52,773 bases of DNA, from the NCBI GenBank assembly GCA_003154115.1, contig PMCF01000171.1, forward strand, positions 10,903 to 63,675, read 5' to 3'. Shown here piece after piece: positions 44,169 to 52,547 of this stretch. The first letter of the stretch is position 1. Each line of letters opens with the position of its first letter. The notes under the pieces are model-generated. The model saw only the letters and a program-made list of their open reading frames with translations. It ran no database searches and was not told the DNA's origin. The position numbers and the translations under genes were made by a program. Source of the stretch: Anaerolineae bacterium. Its GTDB lineage: Bacteria; Chloroflexota; Anaerolineae; Fen-1058.

Positions 44169-44198
44169 TTGACAGCGGTATGTTTGTTTGGTATAACG
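44169..44198 (+). promoter_or_regulatory. tupA promoter overlapped by a putative ModE box
   Basis: TTGACA-17 bp-TATAAC; CGGTATGT-N7-GTATAACG (44176-44198) resembles the ModE palindrome CGTTATAT-Nx-ATATAACG. Confidence 0.65.
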
Positions 44199-44252
44199 AA
44201 TGTGAACCCCGATCGATTCAATATAGCAGTCAAAATTTCAGGAGGCCCTATC

Positions 44253-45242
44253 ATGCAAAACCGTTCGCTGTCCGTGTTCATGTTGTTGCTGTTGATCGCG
44301 TCATTCGTATTGTCGGCCTGTGCGCCCGCTGCTACTCCGTCGCCAACTCAACCGCCGGCGCAGCCCACTCAACTGACAGCCGCTCAACCCACCGCGCCCG
44401 CCGCGGCCACGCTGCCCAGTTTTCCCACAGCAGCGCCTGGTGATCCGGTTCACTTGCGTTTGGCCACCACCACCAGCACCGCCGACTCCGGCCTGCTTGA
44501 TAACATCCTGCCAGATTTTGAAAAAGTGTGTAACTGCAAGGTCGATGTCGTTGCCGTCGGCACCGGGCAAGCGATCGCGATCGGCCAAAAGGGCGACGCC
44601 GATGTTCTGCTGGTGCACGCTCGCAAGTCGGAAGACCAGTTCGTTGCAGATAAGGACGCCAGAGAACGTTTCGATGTGATGTACAACGATTTCATCATCC
44701 TGGGACCGAAGGCCGATCCGGCGAAAGCGGCCAGCGCGGCTTCAGCCAAGGATGCGTTCAAAGCGATTATGGATTCGCAATCGACGTTCGCCAGCCGCGG
44801 TGATAAGTCGGGCACGAATACGAAAGAGCTAAGCATCTGGTCATCGCTGGGCATCACGCCTACCAAAGACATGGCGTGGTATAAGTCGTTGGGGCAGGGC
44901 ATGGGCGAAACGCTCATCTTCGCCAACGAGCAAAATGCCTACACGCTGTCCGATCGCGGCACGTATCTATCGATGAAGGACAAGCTGCCCAACCTGATCA
45001 TCGTTCTAGGCGGCAACACACTGGCGGAGAATAAAGACAAATCACTATTGAACCCCTACGGAGTGCTGGCCGTTAATCCTGATAAGCATCCCGGTGTAAA
45101 ATTCGATCTGGCGATGCAGTTCGTCAAGTGGATCACGTCGGTGGATGAGCAGCAAAAGATCAACGACTACGGCAAAGACAAATTCGGCCAATCGCTGTTC
45201 TATCCCTCCTCGGTGGAATGGAAAGCGGCCCATCCGAATTAG
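44253..45242 (+). CDS. tupA: Tungstate ABC transporter substrate-binding lipoprotein
   Basis: Lipobox LSAC, Pro/Thr/Ala linker, 'LATTTSTADSGLL', 'GTGQA', 'SRGDKSGT', 'YTLSDRGTY'; RBS GGAGG before ATG 44253. Confidence 0.92.
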   Translation: MQNRSLSVFMLLLLIASFVLSACAPAATPSPTQPPAQPTQLTAAQPTAPAAATLPSFPTAAPGDPVHLRLATTTSTADSGLLDNILPDFEKVCNCKVDVVAVGTGQAIAIGQKGDADVLLVHARKSEDQFVADKDARERFDVMYNDFIILGPKADPAKAASAASAKDAFKAIMDSQSTFASRGDKSGTNTKELSIWSSLGITPTKDMAWYKSLGQGMGETLIFANEQNAYTLSDRGTYLSMKDKLPNLIIVLGGNTLAENKDKSLLNPYGVLAVNPDKHPGVKFDLAMQFVKWITSVDEQQKINDYGKDKFGQSLFYPSSVEWKAAHPN

Positions 45243-45243
45243 A

Positions 45244-45320
45244 GAATTGGAAGTTAGAAGTTGGAGGGATCACTCGCTATGGCGGTGATACCCTCCAATT
45301 TCTAATCTCCAATTTCCAGC
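45244..45320. repeat. 7-mer tandem/inverted repeat hairpin between tupA and tupB
   Basis: GAATTGG AAGTTAG AAGTTGG AGGG...CCCTCCAAT TTCTAAT CTCCAAT TTCCAGC with an inner stem ATCAC/GTGAT. Confidence 0.8.
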
Positions 45321-45332
45321 CTCAAGGATCAC

Positions 45333-45998
45333 ATCATCGAAGACTTACTCCACGCACTCACCAGTCCCGATCTGGCGGAGATTGTCGCGCTGACGCTGCG
45401 CGTGACGGGCATCGCGCTGATCATCAGCACGATCATTGGAGCGCCGCTCGGCGCGGTGATCGGGCTGGCCAAATTTCCCGGCAAGGGCGCAGTGCGGGCC
45501 CTGCTTTACACCGGCATGGGGTTGCCGCCGGTCGTCGTGGGTTTAGTCGTGTATTTGCTATTGTCGCGCAGCGGGCCGCTGGGGCCACTCGGGTGGTTGT
45601 TCACACCCAGTGCCATGATCGTCGCCCAGACTTGCATCGCCCTGCCGTTAACGATGGGGCTGACCATGACCTCGGTAGAAAGCGTGAACCCGGAATTGAA
45701 GCGCCAGGTCGTCGCGCTGGGGGCGACGCGCTTTCAATCGGCCTGGACGATCTTGCGGGAAGCGCGCATCGGCGTGACGGCGGCCATCGTCGCGGCCTTT
45801 GGCGGCATTATCTCTGAGGTGGGCGCGGTGATGTTGGTGGGCGGCAACATCGCCGGGCAGACGCGTGTATTGACGACGGCGATTGTGCTCAATACCCGTC
45901 AAGGTGATTTTAGTCTGGCGCTGGCCTTAGGGTTGATCTTATTGACGCTGACGTTTGTGGTGAATGTGGCCTTGATGAAATTACAAGGAAGGACATAG
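45333..45998 (+). CDS. tupB: Tungstate ABC transporter permease
   Basis: 'MGLPPVVVGLVVYLLLSRSGPLG', 'SEVGAVMLVGGNI...TRVLTTAI'; homology-like sequence extends upstream of GTG 45402 to ATC 45333/45336 behind AAGGA. Confidence 0.88.
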   Translation: MIEDLLHALTSPDLAEIVALTLRVTGIALIISTIIGAPLGAVIGLAKFPGKGAVRALLYTGMGLPPVVVGLVVYLLLSRSGPLGPLGWLFTPSAMIVAQTCIALPLTMGLTMTSVESVNPELKRQVVALGATRFQSAWTILREARIGVTAAIVAAFGGIISEVGAVMLVGGNIAGQTRVLTTAIVLNTRQGDFSLALALGLILLTLTFVVNVALMKLQGRT

Positions 45999-46149
45999 AG
46001 CGAATTCCAGTTTCATTTACGACTTTGCTCCTGCTGGATGGTTACATCCAGCAGCCCCAACGGCGGATGTGGCCATCTGCCGAGAGCAGATGTACCGTAA
46101 ATCAACTTGGAAACCGCTCTAGCGGCCAGGGAACGGAAAGATAAAGAGT

Positions 46150-46271
46150 CCGCCGCGAGAATCGTGTATACTTCGGACATGATGCTCGCACTCGCTGGCA
46201 ATTTTGTGAGGTTGGGTTTACCCATAGCAGGCCACTCGATCCTGAAGAAGCGAGGCTTCGGTCGGTCGTGA
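46150..46271 (+). pseudogene. Relic of molybdate-binding protein modA (C-terminal fragments)
   Basis: Frame reads '..ARIVYTSD..' and ends 'GHSILKKRGFGRS*', resembling ModA 'AGIVY.SD' and 'GQ.IL.K.GF'; its TGA overlaps the GTG of the modB relic. Confidence 0.45.
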
Positions 46272-46510
46272 TCGTGTGGCGCATGGGCAAAGCCTTAATC
46301 TATCTCGCCAGTGGCGCGCTGCTGTTGTATCTTAGCCGTGCCACTGATCGTTTTATTGCTGCGCGCGATCGAAGCAGACTTGCTTCAGCAACTGGCGCAG
46401 CCGACCTGACGCAAGCCCTGCGCCTGAGCGTGTTGACTTCGGGCCTCAGCACATTGATCACCATTGGCGGCGGGACGCCGCTGGCCTATGTGTTGGCGCG
46501 GAAGAAAGTG
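46268..46510 (+). pseudogene. Relic of molybdate permease modB (N-terminal part, two frameshifts, truncated)
   Basis: Combining frames gives MGKALIYLASGALLLY/LAVPLIVLLLRAIEADLLQQLAQP/LTQALRLSVLTSGLSTLITIGGGTPLAYVLARKK, a ModB-type N-terminus. Confidence 0.6.
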
Positions 46511-46528
46511 CGCGCCCGACATAGAAAC

Positions 46529-47239
46529 ATGACACTTTATCAACTCCGCGACATCCAACATCGCTACGGCACGCGCACCATCCTCGATCTGCCCGCGCTC
46601 GACATTCAGCGCGGTGAGGTGCTGGGGATCGTCGGACCCAGCGGATCGGGCAAGAGCACGTTATTACGCCTGCTGCAATTTCTGGAACCACCGACCAGCG
46701 GCTCGTTCACTTTCGATGGGACACTGCTCGACGGTTCCGTTCCGCTGGCAGTGCGCCGCCGCATTGTGACTGTATTTCAGCACCCGGCCCTGCTCGATCG
46801 ATCGGTGTTTGACAACGTGGCCTATGGCTTACGCTTACGCCGTCAACGCGACGGGCATGACTTGATCATGCAAGCGCTTGAACGCGTCGGCCTGCACGAC
46901 TATGCCCAGACACGGGCCAAGACTCTATCGGGAGGTGAAGCACAACGCGTCGCACTCGCGCGCGCGCTCGTTTTGAATCCAGCCGCTCTGCTGTTGGATG
47001 AACCGACGGCCAATCTCGATCCTTACAACGTCGGCTTGATCGAAGAGATCATTCGTGGACATGGTGACACCACGGTGGTGCTGGTAACTCACAACACCTT
47101 TCAAGCGAAGCGCCTGGCCGATCGCGTGGGGTTGCTGCTGAACGGAAAATTGATCGAACTCACCACCGCCGATCGGTTCTTCAACCACCCGATTGATCCC
47201 CGCACCCGATCGTTCATCAACGGCGAGATGGTCTATTAA
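46529..47239 (+). CDS. tupC: Tungstate ABC transporter ATP-binding subunit
   Basis: Walker A GPSGSGKS, LSGGE, LLLDEPTANLDP, C-terminal 'FINGEMVY'; start ATG 46529. Confidence 0.88.
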   Translation: MTLYQLRDIQHRYGTRTILDLPALDIQRGEVLGIVGPSGSGKSTLLRLLQFLEPPTSGSFTFDGTLLDGSVPLAVRRRIVTVFQHPALLDRSVFDNVAYGLRLRRQRDGHDLIMQALERVGLHDYAQTRAKTLSGGEAQRVALARALVLNPAALLLDEPTANLDPYNVGLIEEIIRGHGDTTVVLVTHNTFQAKRLADRVGLLLNGKLIELTTADRFFNHPIDPRTRSFINGEMVY

Positions 47240-47279
47240 CCTCACTTTTTCCGGACGTGCTGGAAGAGGCAGGTGGGGC

Positions 47280-47308
47280 TTGCCAATCATCCCTCACGCG
47301 TGTATCAT
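47280..47308 (+). promoter_or_regulatory. Promoter for a probably leaderless metallophosphoesterase mRNA
   Basis: TTGCCA-17 bp-TATCAT, 6 nt before in-frame GTG 47315. Confidence 0.5.
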
Positions 47309-47314
47309 CACCCT

Positions 47315-48550
47315 GTGACTGACCCAACTGTCGAGGCTCCTCCACTGGGCACCGAGTCCGAAATGGCCGGGACGCGTAATCGCATTCCGGGCGTGGCCAG
47401 CGCTCGCTTCCATCTCATCTTGCTGTTCAGCGTCAAGCTCAGCCGGCTGAACGGGATCTGGCTTGCCGTCTACATCGAATTCTTCACGCTGCTCACCTTG
47501 TTCACCTGGGCGACCCGCATGGAATCGTTGGACGTCGGTCTGGCGGTGGGCATTGCTTTCCTGACCTTGGCCGTGCTCGACTGGATCGCTTTAGCGCAGC
47601 TGCCGCGCCGCGGCCGATCGTTCGGGCCGGTCGCACCACCCTTATTCGTGTTGGTTCCGCTGCGCGCCGCCGTGACCATCGTGCCGGTGCTCGTACCGCT
47701 CAGCCCGCTGTGGATTGCGACCCTGGTAGAAGTCGGCAACTTCGCACTGACGGGCTATGTGCTCGACAGTTTGTGGGGGGAACCCTTTCGTCTATCTATC
47801 ACGCGCCTCACCCTGCGATCGTCTAAACTGCGCGGCGCGCCGCCGCTACGCGTGCTGCACGTGAGCGATTTCCACGTCGAACGCCTGACCCGCCGCGAAG
47901 AAAAGATGATCAAGTGGATTAACGAACTGCGGCCCGATCTCATCGTGTACACCGGCGATTTGTTGAATTTTTCTTATATCAACGATGAACGCGCGCGCGC
48001 CGATTGCCTGCGCTTGTTGACGCAGTTGCACGCCCCGCTGGGCGTGTATGGCGTCCCTGGCACGCCCCTCATCGATACGCCCGAAGTGCAGGCAGCACTT
48101 TATCCCCAGACACCGCACATTCATTGGTTGAAGAATGAAACGATCGAGATTGAGGGCTACCCCCAGCTGCAGCTCATCGGGCTGACCTGCACCCATGATC
48201 CGACGTTAGATGCGCCTAGATTCGCGCAGGTACGCGCCACCGTACCGTCCGAAAAATTCACGCTGCTGTTGTATCATTCACCTGACTTGATGCCAGAGGC
48301 TGTCCGCGCCGGAATTGATTTGTATCTGTGCGGCCACACGCATGGCGGGCAAATCCGGCTGCCCCTGTGGGGCGCCATCGTGACCGGGTCGCTGTATGGC
48401 AAGCGCTATGAAATGGGCCGCTATCAAAGCGGCAGCACCACGTTGTATGTCAGTCGCGGCATTGGCCTGGAGGGAAAAGGCGCACCCCGTATGCGCTTTT
48501 TGTGTACGCCGGAAATGGAACTGTTTGAACTACGGGGAAGCGAACCATGA
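47315..48550 (+). CDS. Membrane-anchored metallophosphoesterase (YkuE/YaeI-like)
   Basis: N-terminal TM helices; 'SDFH', 'TGDL', 'HSPD', 'GHTHGGQ', 'VSRGIG'; the usual GNH[DE] motif appears as 'GTPLID'. Confidence 0.85.
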   Translation: MTDPTVEAPPLGTESEMAGTRNRIPGVASARFHLILLFSVKLSRLNGIWLAVYIEFFTLLTLFTWATRMESLDVGLAVGIAFLTLAVLDWIALAQLPRRGRSFGPVAPPLFVLVPLRAAVTIVPVLVPLSPLWIATLVEVGNFALTGYVLDSLWGEPFRLSITRLTLRSSKLRGAPPLRVLHVSDFHVERLTRREEKMIKWINELRPDLIVYTGDLLNFSYINDERARADCLRLLTQLHAPLGVYGVPGTPLIDTPEVQAALYPQTPHIHWLKNETIEIEGYPQLQLIGLTCTHDPTLDAPRFAQVRATVPSEKFTLLLYHSPDLMPEAVRAGIDLYLCGHTHGGQIRLPLWGAIVTGSLYGKRYEMGRYQSGSTTLYVSRGIGLEGKGAPRMRFLCTPEMELFELRGSEP

Positions 48551-48576
48551 AATCTCACTTTTAAGGAGAGTATGCG

Positions 48577-49947
48577 ATGAAATTACGATTTGTGGTTGTG
48601 CTGGGCTTGGTCGTGTTGAGTGTTTTGGCGCTCAGTTTGACGGCGGTGGCTCGGCCCGGCGCGCCGGCCAGCTTGACCACCAATCCGTCCGGGGTGTTGC
48701 GCTCATCAACCGCGTTGACTTACTCCGTTTATATGCCTGTGTTGTTTAGTTGCTACCCGATCTTGGGATATGATCCGTTTTATTCAACCTATCAAGGCGA
48801 CATGGTCGTGATCCATGCTGATGCAGCGTGGCGTGGTTGCCCCCTGGTTACCGGCAGCGGCGTGACCATTGCCATTATCGACACAGGAGTCGATCTCACC
48901 CATCCCGATCTCAAGGCGAACCTCGTTGCCGGTTACGACTTTGTGGATTCAGATGGGACGCCACAAGACGGCAACGGCCATGGCACCAATGTTGCCGGTA
49001 TTGCGGCGGCGGCGCTCAATGGAGTTGGCGTGTCAGGCGTAGCGCCAGCAGCCAAGATTCTGCCCGTACGTGTGCTGGACAACGATGGCAGGGGCTCTAC
49101 CAGTGGTGTGGCGGCCGGCGTCACTTACGCGGCCGATCGCGCGCAGATCTTGAATCTGAGCCTTGGCTCAGTCTATCCCAACACGACACTGCAAAACGCG
49201 ATCAACTACGCCGCGAATACCAAAGGGCGGTTGGTGGTAGCGGCCTCCGGGAATTGTGGTGACTTCTATTATCCTTACAATGGCTGCACGGTTCAGAATC
49301 AGCCGTCGTATCCGGGCGCCTGGCCGAACGTGCTGGCCGTCGCCGCCACCGACAACTATGACGGCCACGCCAGCTTCTCAACCTCAGGCAGCTATGTCGA
49401 TGTGGCGGCGCCCGGCGTCGACATCTACAACACCTACATGGGCAACTCTTACTATACCGAAAGCGGCACCTCGCAGGCGACGCCGCACGTGGCCGGACTG
49501 GCCGCCTTGATCTGGGCGAAGTATCCTTCCTACACAGCGGCGCAAGTATGGAATCGCATCACGTCCACGGCGGTCGATCTGGGTACAGCCGGTCGCGACA
49601 ATGTTTTCGGCGCGGGCCGCATTGACGTGAAGAAAGCGCTGGGGATCACCCTGGCGAGCGTGAACGAAGTCGCGGCGCAACTCAAGCAAGTTGAGCCAGC
49701 CGCCCCGATCGATCAACGCGCGGCTCCCATCGCGGCGGGCCGCGTCATCGTGAAATTCAAGTCGACGGGCGCGGCGGCGCAAACCTTGCAGCAGATGAGC
49801 GGCGTCGTCGTCATTAACTCGATCCACGGCATCGACGCGCAGGTGTTGCAGGTGCCGGCCGGCCAGGAATGGCAAGTGGTCGATCAACTGCGCGCGCAGT
49901 CCGGCGTGGAATATGCCGAACCCGATTACGTGATCAGCATCCAATAG
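48577..49947 (+). CDS. Secreted S8 subtilisin-like serine protease with C-terminal prodomain-like module
   Basis: Signal peptide; triad IIDTG / HGT / SGTSQATPHVAG; oxyanion 'ASGN'; RBS AAGGAG. Confidence 0.92.
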   Translation: MKLRFVVVLGLVVLSVLALSLTAVARPGAPASLTTNPSGVLRSSTALTYSVYMPVLFSCYPILGYDPFYSTYQGDMVVIHADAAWRGCPLVTGSGVTIAIIDTGVDLTHPDLKANLVAGYDFVDSDGTPQDGNGHGTNVAGIAAAALNGVGVSGVAPAAKILPVRVLDNDGRGSTSGVAAGVTYAADRAQILNLSLGSVYPNTTLQNAINYAANTKGRLVVAASGNCGDFYYPYNGCTVQNQPSYPGAWPNVLAVAATDNYDGHASFSTSGSYVDVAAPGVDIYNTYMGNSYYTESGTSQATPHVAGLAALIWAKYPSYTAAQVWNRITSTAVDLGTAGRDNVFGAGRIDVKKALGITLASVNEVAAQLKQVEPAAPIDQRAAPIAAGRVIVKFKSTGAAAQTLQQMSGVVVINSIHGIDAQVLQVPAGQEWQVVDQLRAQSGVEYAEPDYVISIQ

Positions 49948-49986
49948 GCCAGTGGACCAGACAACTTAATATCCAGTTTTCGCTAC

Positions 49987-50026
49987 AAAAAAACGAGGCG
50001 AGCTCTCCACTCGCTTCGCTTTTTTT
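49987..50026. terminator. Bidirectional intrinsic terminator
   Basis: A7-CGAGGCGAG-loop-CTCGCTTCG-C-T-run, between convergent genes. Confidence 0.75.
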
Positions 50027-50066
50027 GTTTAACGCGCTTCGATCAGATCAGGCAGCTGCGCCTGCC

Positions 50067-51167
50067 TCACTGTTTCTCGTACGCTTGCCCATCCGCCGCA
50101 GGTGGAACGGCACGACCAACGACCCCCGTCAACACGATCATGGTCAAGATGTAGGGAAGCATCTGCGGTAGTTGTGAAGGAATGTCAGGCCGGAAGATGC
50201 TTACGGTCGACGTGATGCTGTTGCCCAGACCAAAGATCAAAGCGCCAGCCAGTGCACCAAACGGGGTCCACTTGCCAAAGATCATCGCCGCCAGGCCGAT
50301 GAACCCCAGGCCATTGGTCATACCCGGATTGAACACATCCACTGCTTCCAACGTAAACCAGGCCCCACCCAGGCCGGCGATCAAACCACCCAGCCAGACG
50401 TTGGCATAGCGCATCTTGAAGACGTTAATGCCCAACGTATCGGCCGCACGCGGATGCTCGCCGACAGCCCGGGTGCGCAGGCCCCACGGCGTGTAGAACA
50501 ATACGTAGTGAATGACGAACACCAAGATCAGCATGATGTAGGTCAACGGCTGCTGCTGAAAGAGGATCCGCCCAATGATCGGGATGTCGCTCAAAACCGG
50601 GATTTTCCAGATCGGGAAAGTGCCCGGCCCGGCCGGTAAGTTTTCGGCCAGGTATTGACGATAGAGGAAACCGGTGATGCCGAGGGCCAGAATGTTAATC
50701 ACCGTGCCACTGATGATCTGATCGGCACGAAATTTGATGGACACGACCGCATGGAGAGCCGCCAAAATGAGAGCCGACACCAGGGCCGCGGCCAACGCGA
50801 TCCAACGGCTGACTATTCCAGCCGTCGCCGGATCCATGGTGGTCTTTAAGGATTGAAATACAAACAGATTGACGGCATAGGCGACCATCGCCGCCATAAG
50901 CATTTTACCTTCGATGCCAATGTCGACGACGCCAGACCGCTCGCACATGACGCCACAAAACGCGGCGAGGGCAATCGGCGTCGCGATGCGCAACGTCTGG
51001 GCCAGCGTATCGATAACACACTCGCCCTGGCATTCACCGCCGATGATGAGATTGAGCAGCGCCCAGACGGCAAACAGCCCAACTGCCGTAAAGATCGCTG
51101 TGATCCACCAGGTGCCGCGCCAATGGACGCGTCGTCCACTGTTGAGTGACTTGGTTGTAGTACTCAT
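50067..51167 (-). CDS. Nucleoside/sugar (BMP-dependent) ABC transporter permease
   Basis: 'ERSGVVDIGIEG', 'GLRTRAVGEHPRAADTLG', 'GFIGLAAMIFGKW', 'LPYILT'. Confidence 0.9.
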   Translation of the reverse strand: MSTTTKSLNSGRRVHWRGTWWITAIFTAVGLFAVWALLNLIIGGECQGECVIDTLAQTLRIATPIALAAFCGVMCERSGVVDIGIEGKMLMAAMVAYAVNLFVFQSLKTTMDPATAGIVSRWIALAAALVSALILAALHAVVSIKFRADQIISGTVINILALGITGFLYRQYLAENLPAGPGTFPIWKIPVLSDIPIIGRILFQQQPLTYIMLILVFVIHYVLFYTPWGLRTRAVGEHPRAADTLGINVFKMRYANVWLGGLIAGLGGAWFTLEAVDVFNPGMTNGLGFIGLAAMIFGKWTPFGALAGALIFGLGNSITSTVSIFRPDIPSQLPQMLPYILTMIVLTGVVGRAVPPAADGQAYEKQ

Positions 51168-51170
51168 GTA

Positions 51171-52547
51171 TTAACCTCCCCACCCGCGGGTCAATGGTGC
51201 TTCTTCTTCCGGGCGGCGTTCGCTCTTGATGCGATACATCCAGCGCACCACTCCTGGCGCAGCGACGAACAACAAGACCAGCGCCTGAATCAGCGAGATG
51301 ATATATTTCGATACGCCGGAGTTCAACTCCATTAGATCGGCGCCATTGCGCATCGCGCCGAATAGGAAAGACCCAGCGATAATGCCGAAGGGGTTGTTTT
51401 TCGCCAGCAACGCGATGGCGATACTATCAAAGCCATAACCGCTGGAGAAGAACAAGGGCAAACAGCGGCAGATCGAAACACCCAAAATCTCGATTGTCCC
51501 GGCGATACCCGCCAGAGCCCCGGACATGGCCATCGCCGTGACAATGTTGCGGGTGATGTTCACGCCCGCATAGCGTGCGGCGTTCGGATTCGCGCCGACC
51601 ATCCGCAGCGAAAAGCCGAGGGTCGTCTTAGCGAACAGCCACCACACGGCGACCGCGGCGAATATCGCCAGAATCAAACCCGTATGGAGTCGATCATATT
51701 GATCGGTAAACGGCCACCACGTCCGAGTTAAGACTGGCAGACCCACAAACACAATCATCCCGACGAACGCACTCACGCCCAACAGCACCGCGCGCCGTTG
51801 GCTTTTGCCGGCGATTCGTTTTTGCATGGACGGGCGTCCTACCACCCAGCGCATGATGAGCCAGGTGATGAAGGCCGCGATCAGGGCCACCGCAAATGCG
51901 TTCAACGGATCCTCTAATCGCTTCGGTACTGCCGCGAAAGTCCAGAGTTCTGCCGCAGGTGAGATACGCGGGGTCTGTGGCGCACTGGCCAGTTTGTCGC
52001 GGAGAGGGCCGCTGACGACGTATTCGGCGAAGCGGAAGGCAATGTAGTTCATCATGATGGTGTTGATGACTTCATGAACGCCAAAGCGGGCCTTGAGGTA
52101 ACCGGGAATGGCTGCCCAGATTGCGCCGCCCAGCGCTCCGGCCCCGATGGCGAGTGGCAGGGAGATGATGGCGGGCACGCCTTGAACCGCCTGCCCCACC
52201 CAGGCCGCAGCAACCGCACCAATATAGAATTGCCCTTCCACGCCGATGTTGAACAAACCAGATTTGAAACCCACGGCGACGCCCAAGCTAAGCAGAATAT
52301 AGGGCACCGAGGCAACCAAGGTCTCCGTTAGGCCGCGCTCCTTGACAAAGGCGCCGCGGAACAACCCCGCATAAGCCTGCACCACGGTGTCGAAACTTCC
52401 ACTCGTTATCCAGATGACCAGCCCACCCAACAAGAAGGCCGTAACCAACGCCAGCAACGACATTCCGATCGCATCCCACAGGCGTCGCAGAAATCCGCGC
52501 GCTGCGGGCTTAGACTGAGGCAGTGCCGCCTGTACCGAGCTAGACAT
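51171..52547 (-). CDS. Nucleoside/sugar (BMP-dependent) ABC transporter permease
   Basis: '[10 protein letters not shown]', '[11 protein letters not shown]', '[11 protein letters not shown]', '[12 protein letters not shown]'. Confidence 0.9.
   Translation of the reverse strand: MSSSVQAALPQSKPAARGFLRRLWDAIGMSLLALVTAFLLGGLVIWITSGSFDTVVQAYAGLFRGAFVKERGLTETLVASVPYILLSLGVAVGFKSGLFNIGVEGQFYIGAVAAAWVGQAVQGVPAIISLPLAIGAGALGGAIWAAIPGYLKARFGVHEVINTIMMNYIAFRFAEYVVSGPLRDKLASAPQTPRISPAAELWTFAAVPKRLEDPLNAFAVALIAAFITWLIMRWVVGRPSMQKRIAGKSQRRAVLLGVSAFVGMIVFVGLPVLTRTWWPFTDQYDRLHTGLILAIFAAVAVWWLFAKTTLGFSLRMVGANPNAARYAGVNITRNIVTAMAMSGALAGIAGTIEILGVSICRCLPLFFSSGYGFDSIAIALLAKNNPFGIIAGSFLFGAMRNGADLMELNSGVSKYIISLIQALVLLFVAAPGVVRWMYRIKSERRPEEEAPLTRGWGG

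Noticed and set aside
44325-44440. Pro/Thr/Ala low-complexity stretch in TupA
   Set aside because: Ordinary flexible linker of a lipoprotein substrate-binding protein.
39203-45320. CRISPR array or tRNA interpretation of the short repeats
   Set aside because: Units are 7-8 bp with no unique spacers, no cas genes and no cloverleaf.
46268-47239. Apparent 323-aa permease-ATPase fusion
   Set aside because: The upstream part is a frameshifted, truncated modB relic that happens to be in frame; TupC is complete from ATG 46529.
49-52479. Numerous 60-250-aa antisense or alternate-frame ORFs in the track (e.g. 9067-9795 +, 34683-35429 +, 36604-37212 +)
   Set aside because: They overlap well-supported genes, lack RBSs and recognisable motifs, and are expected shadows in GC-rich DNA.
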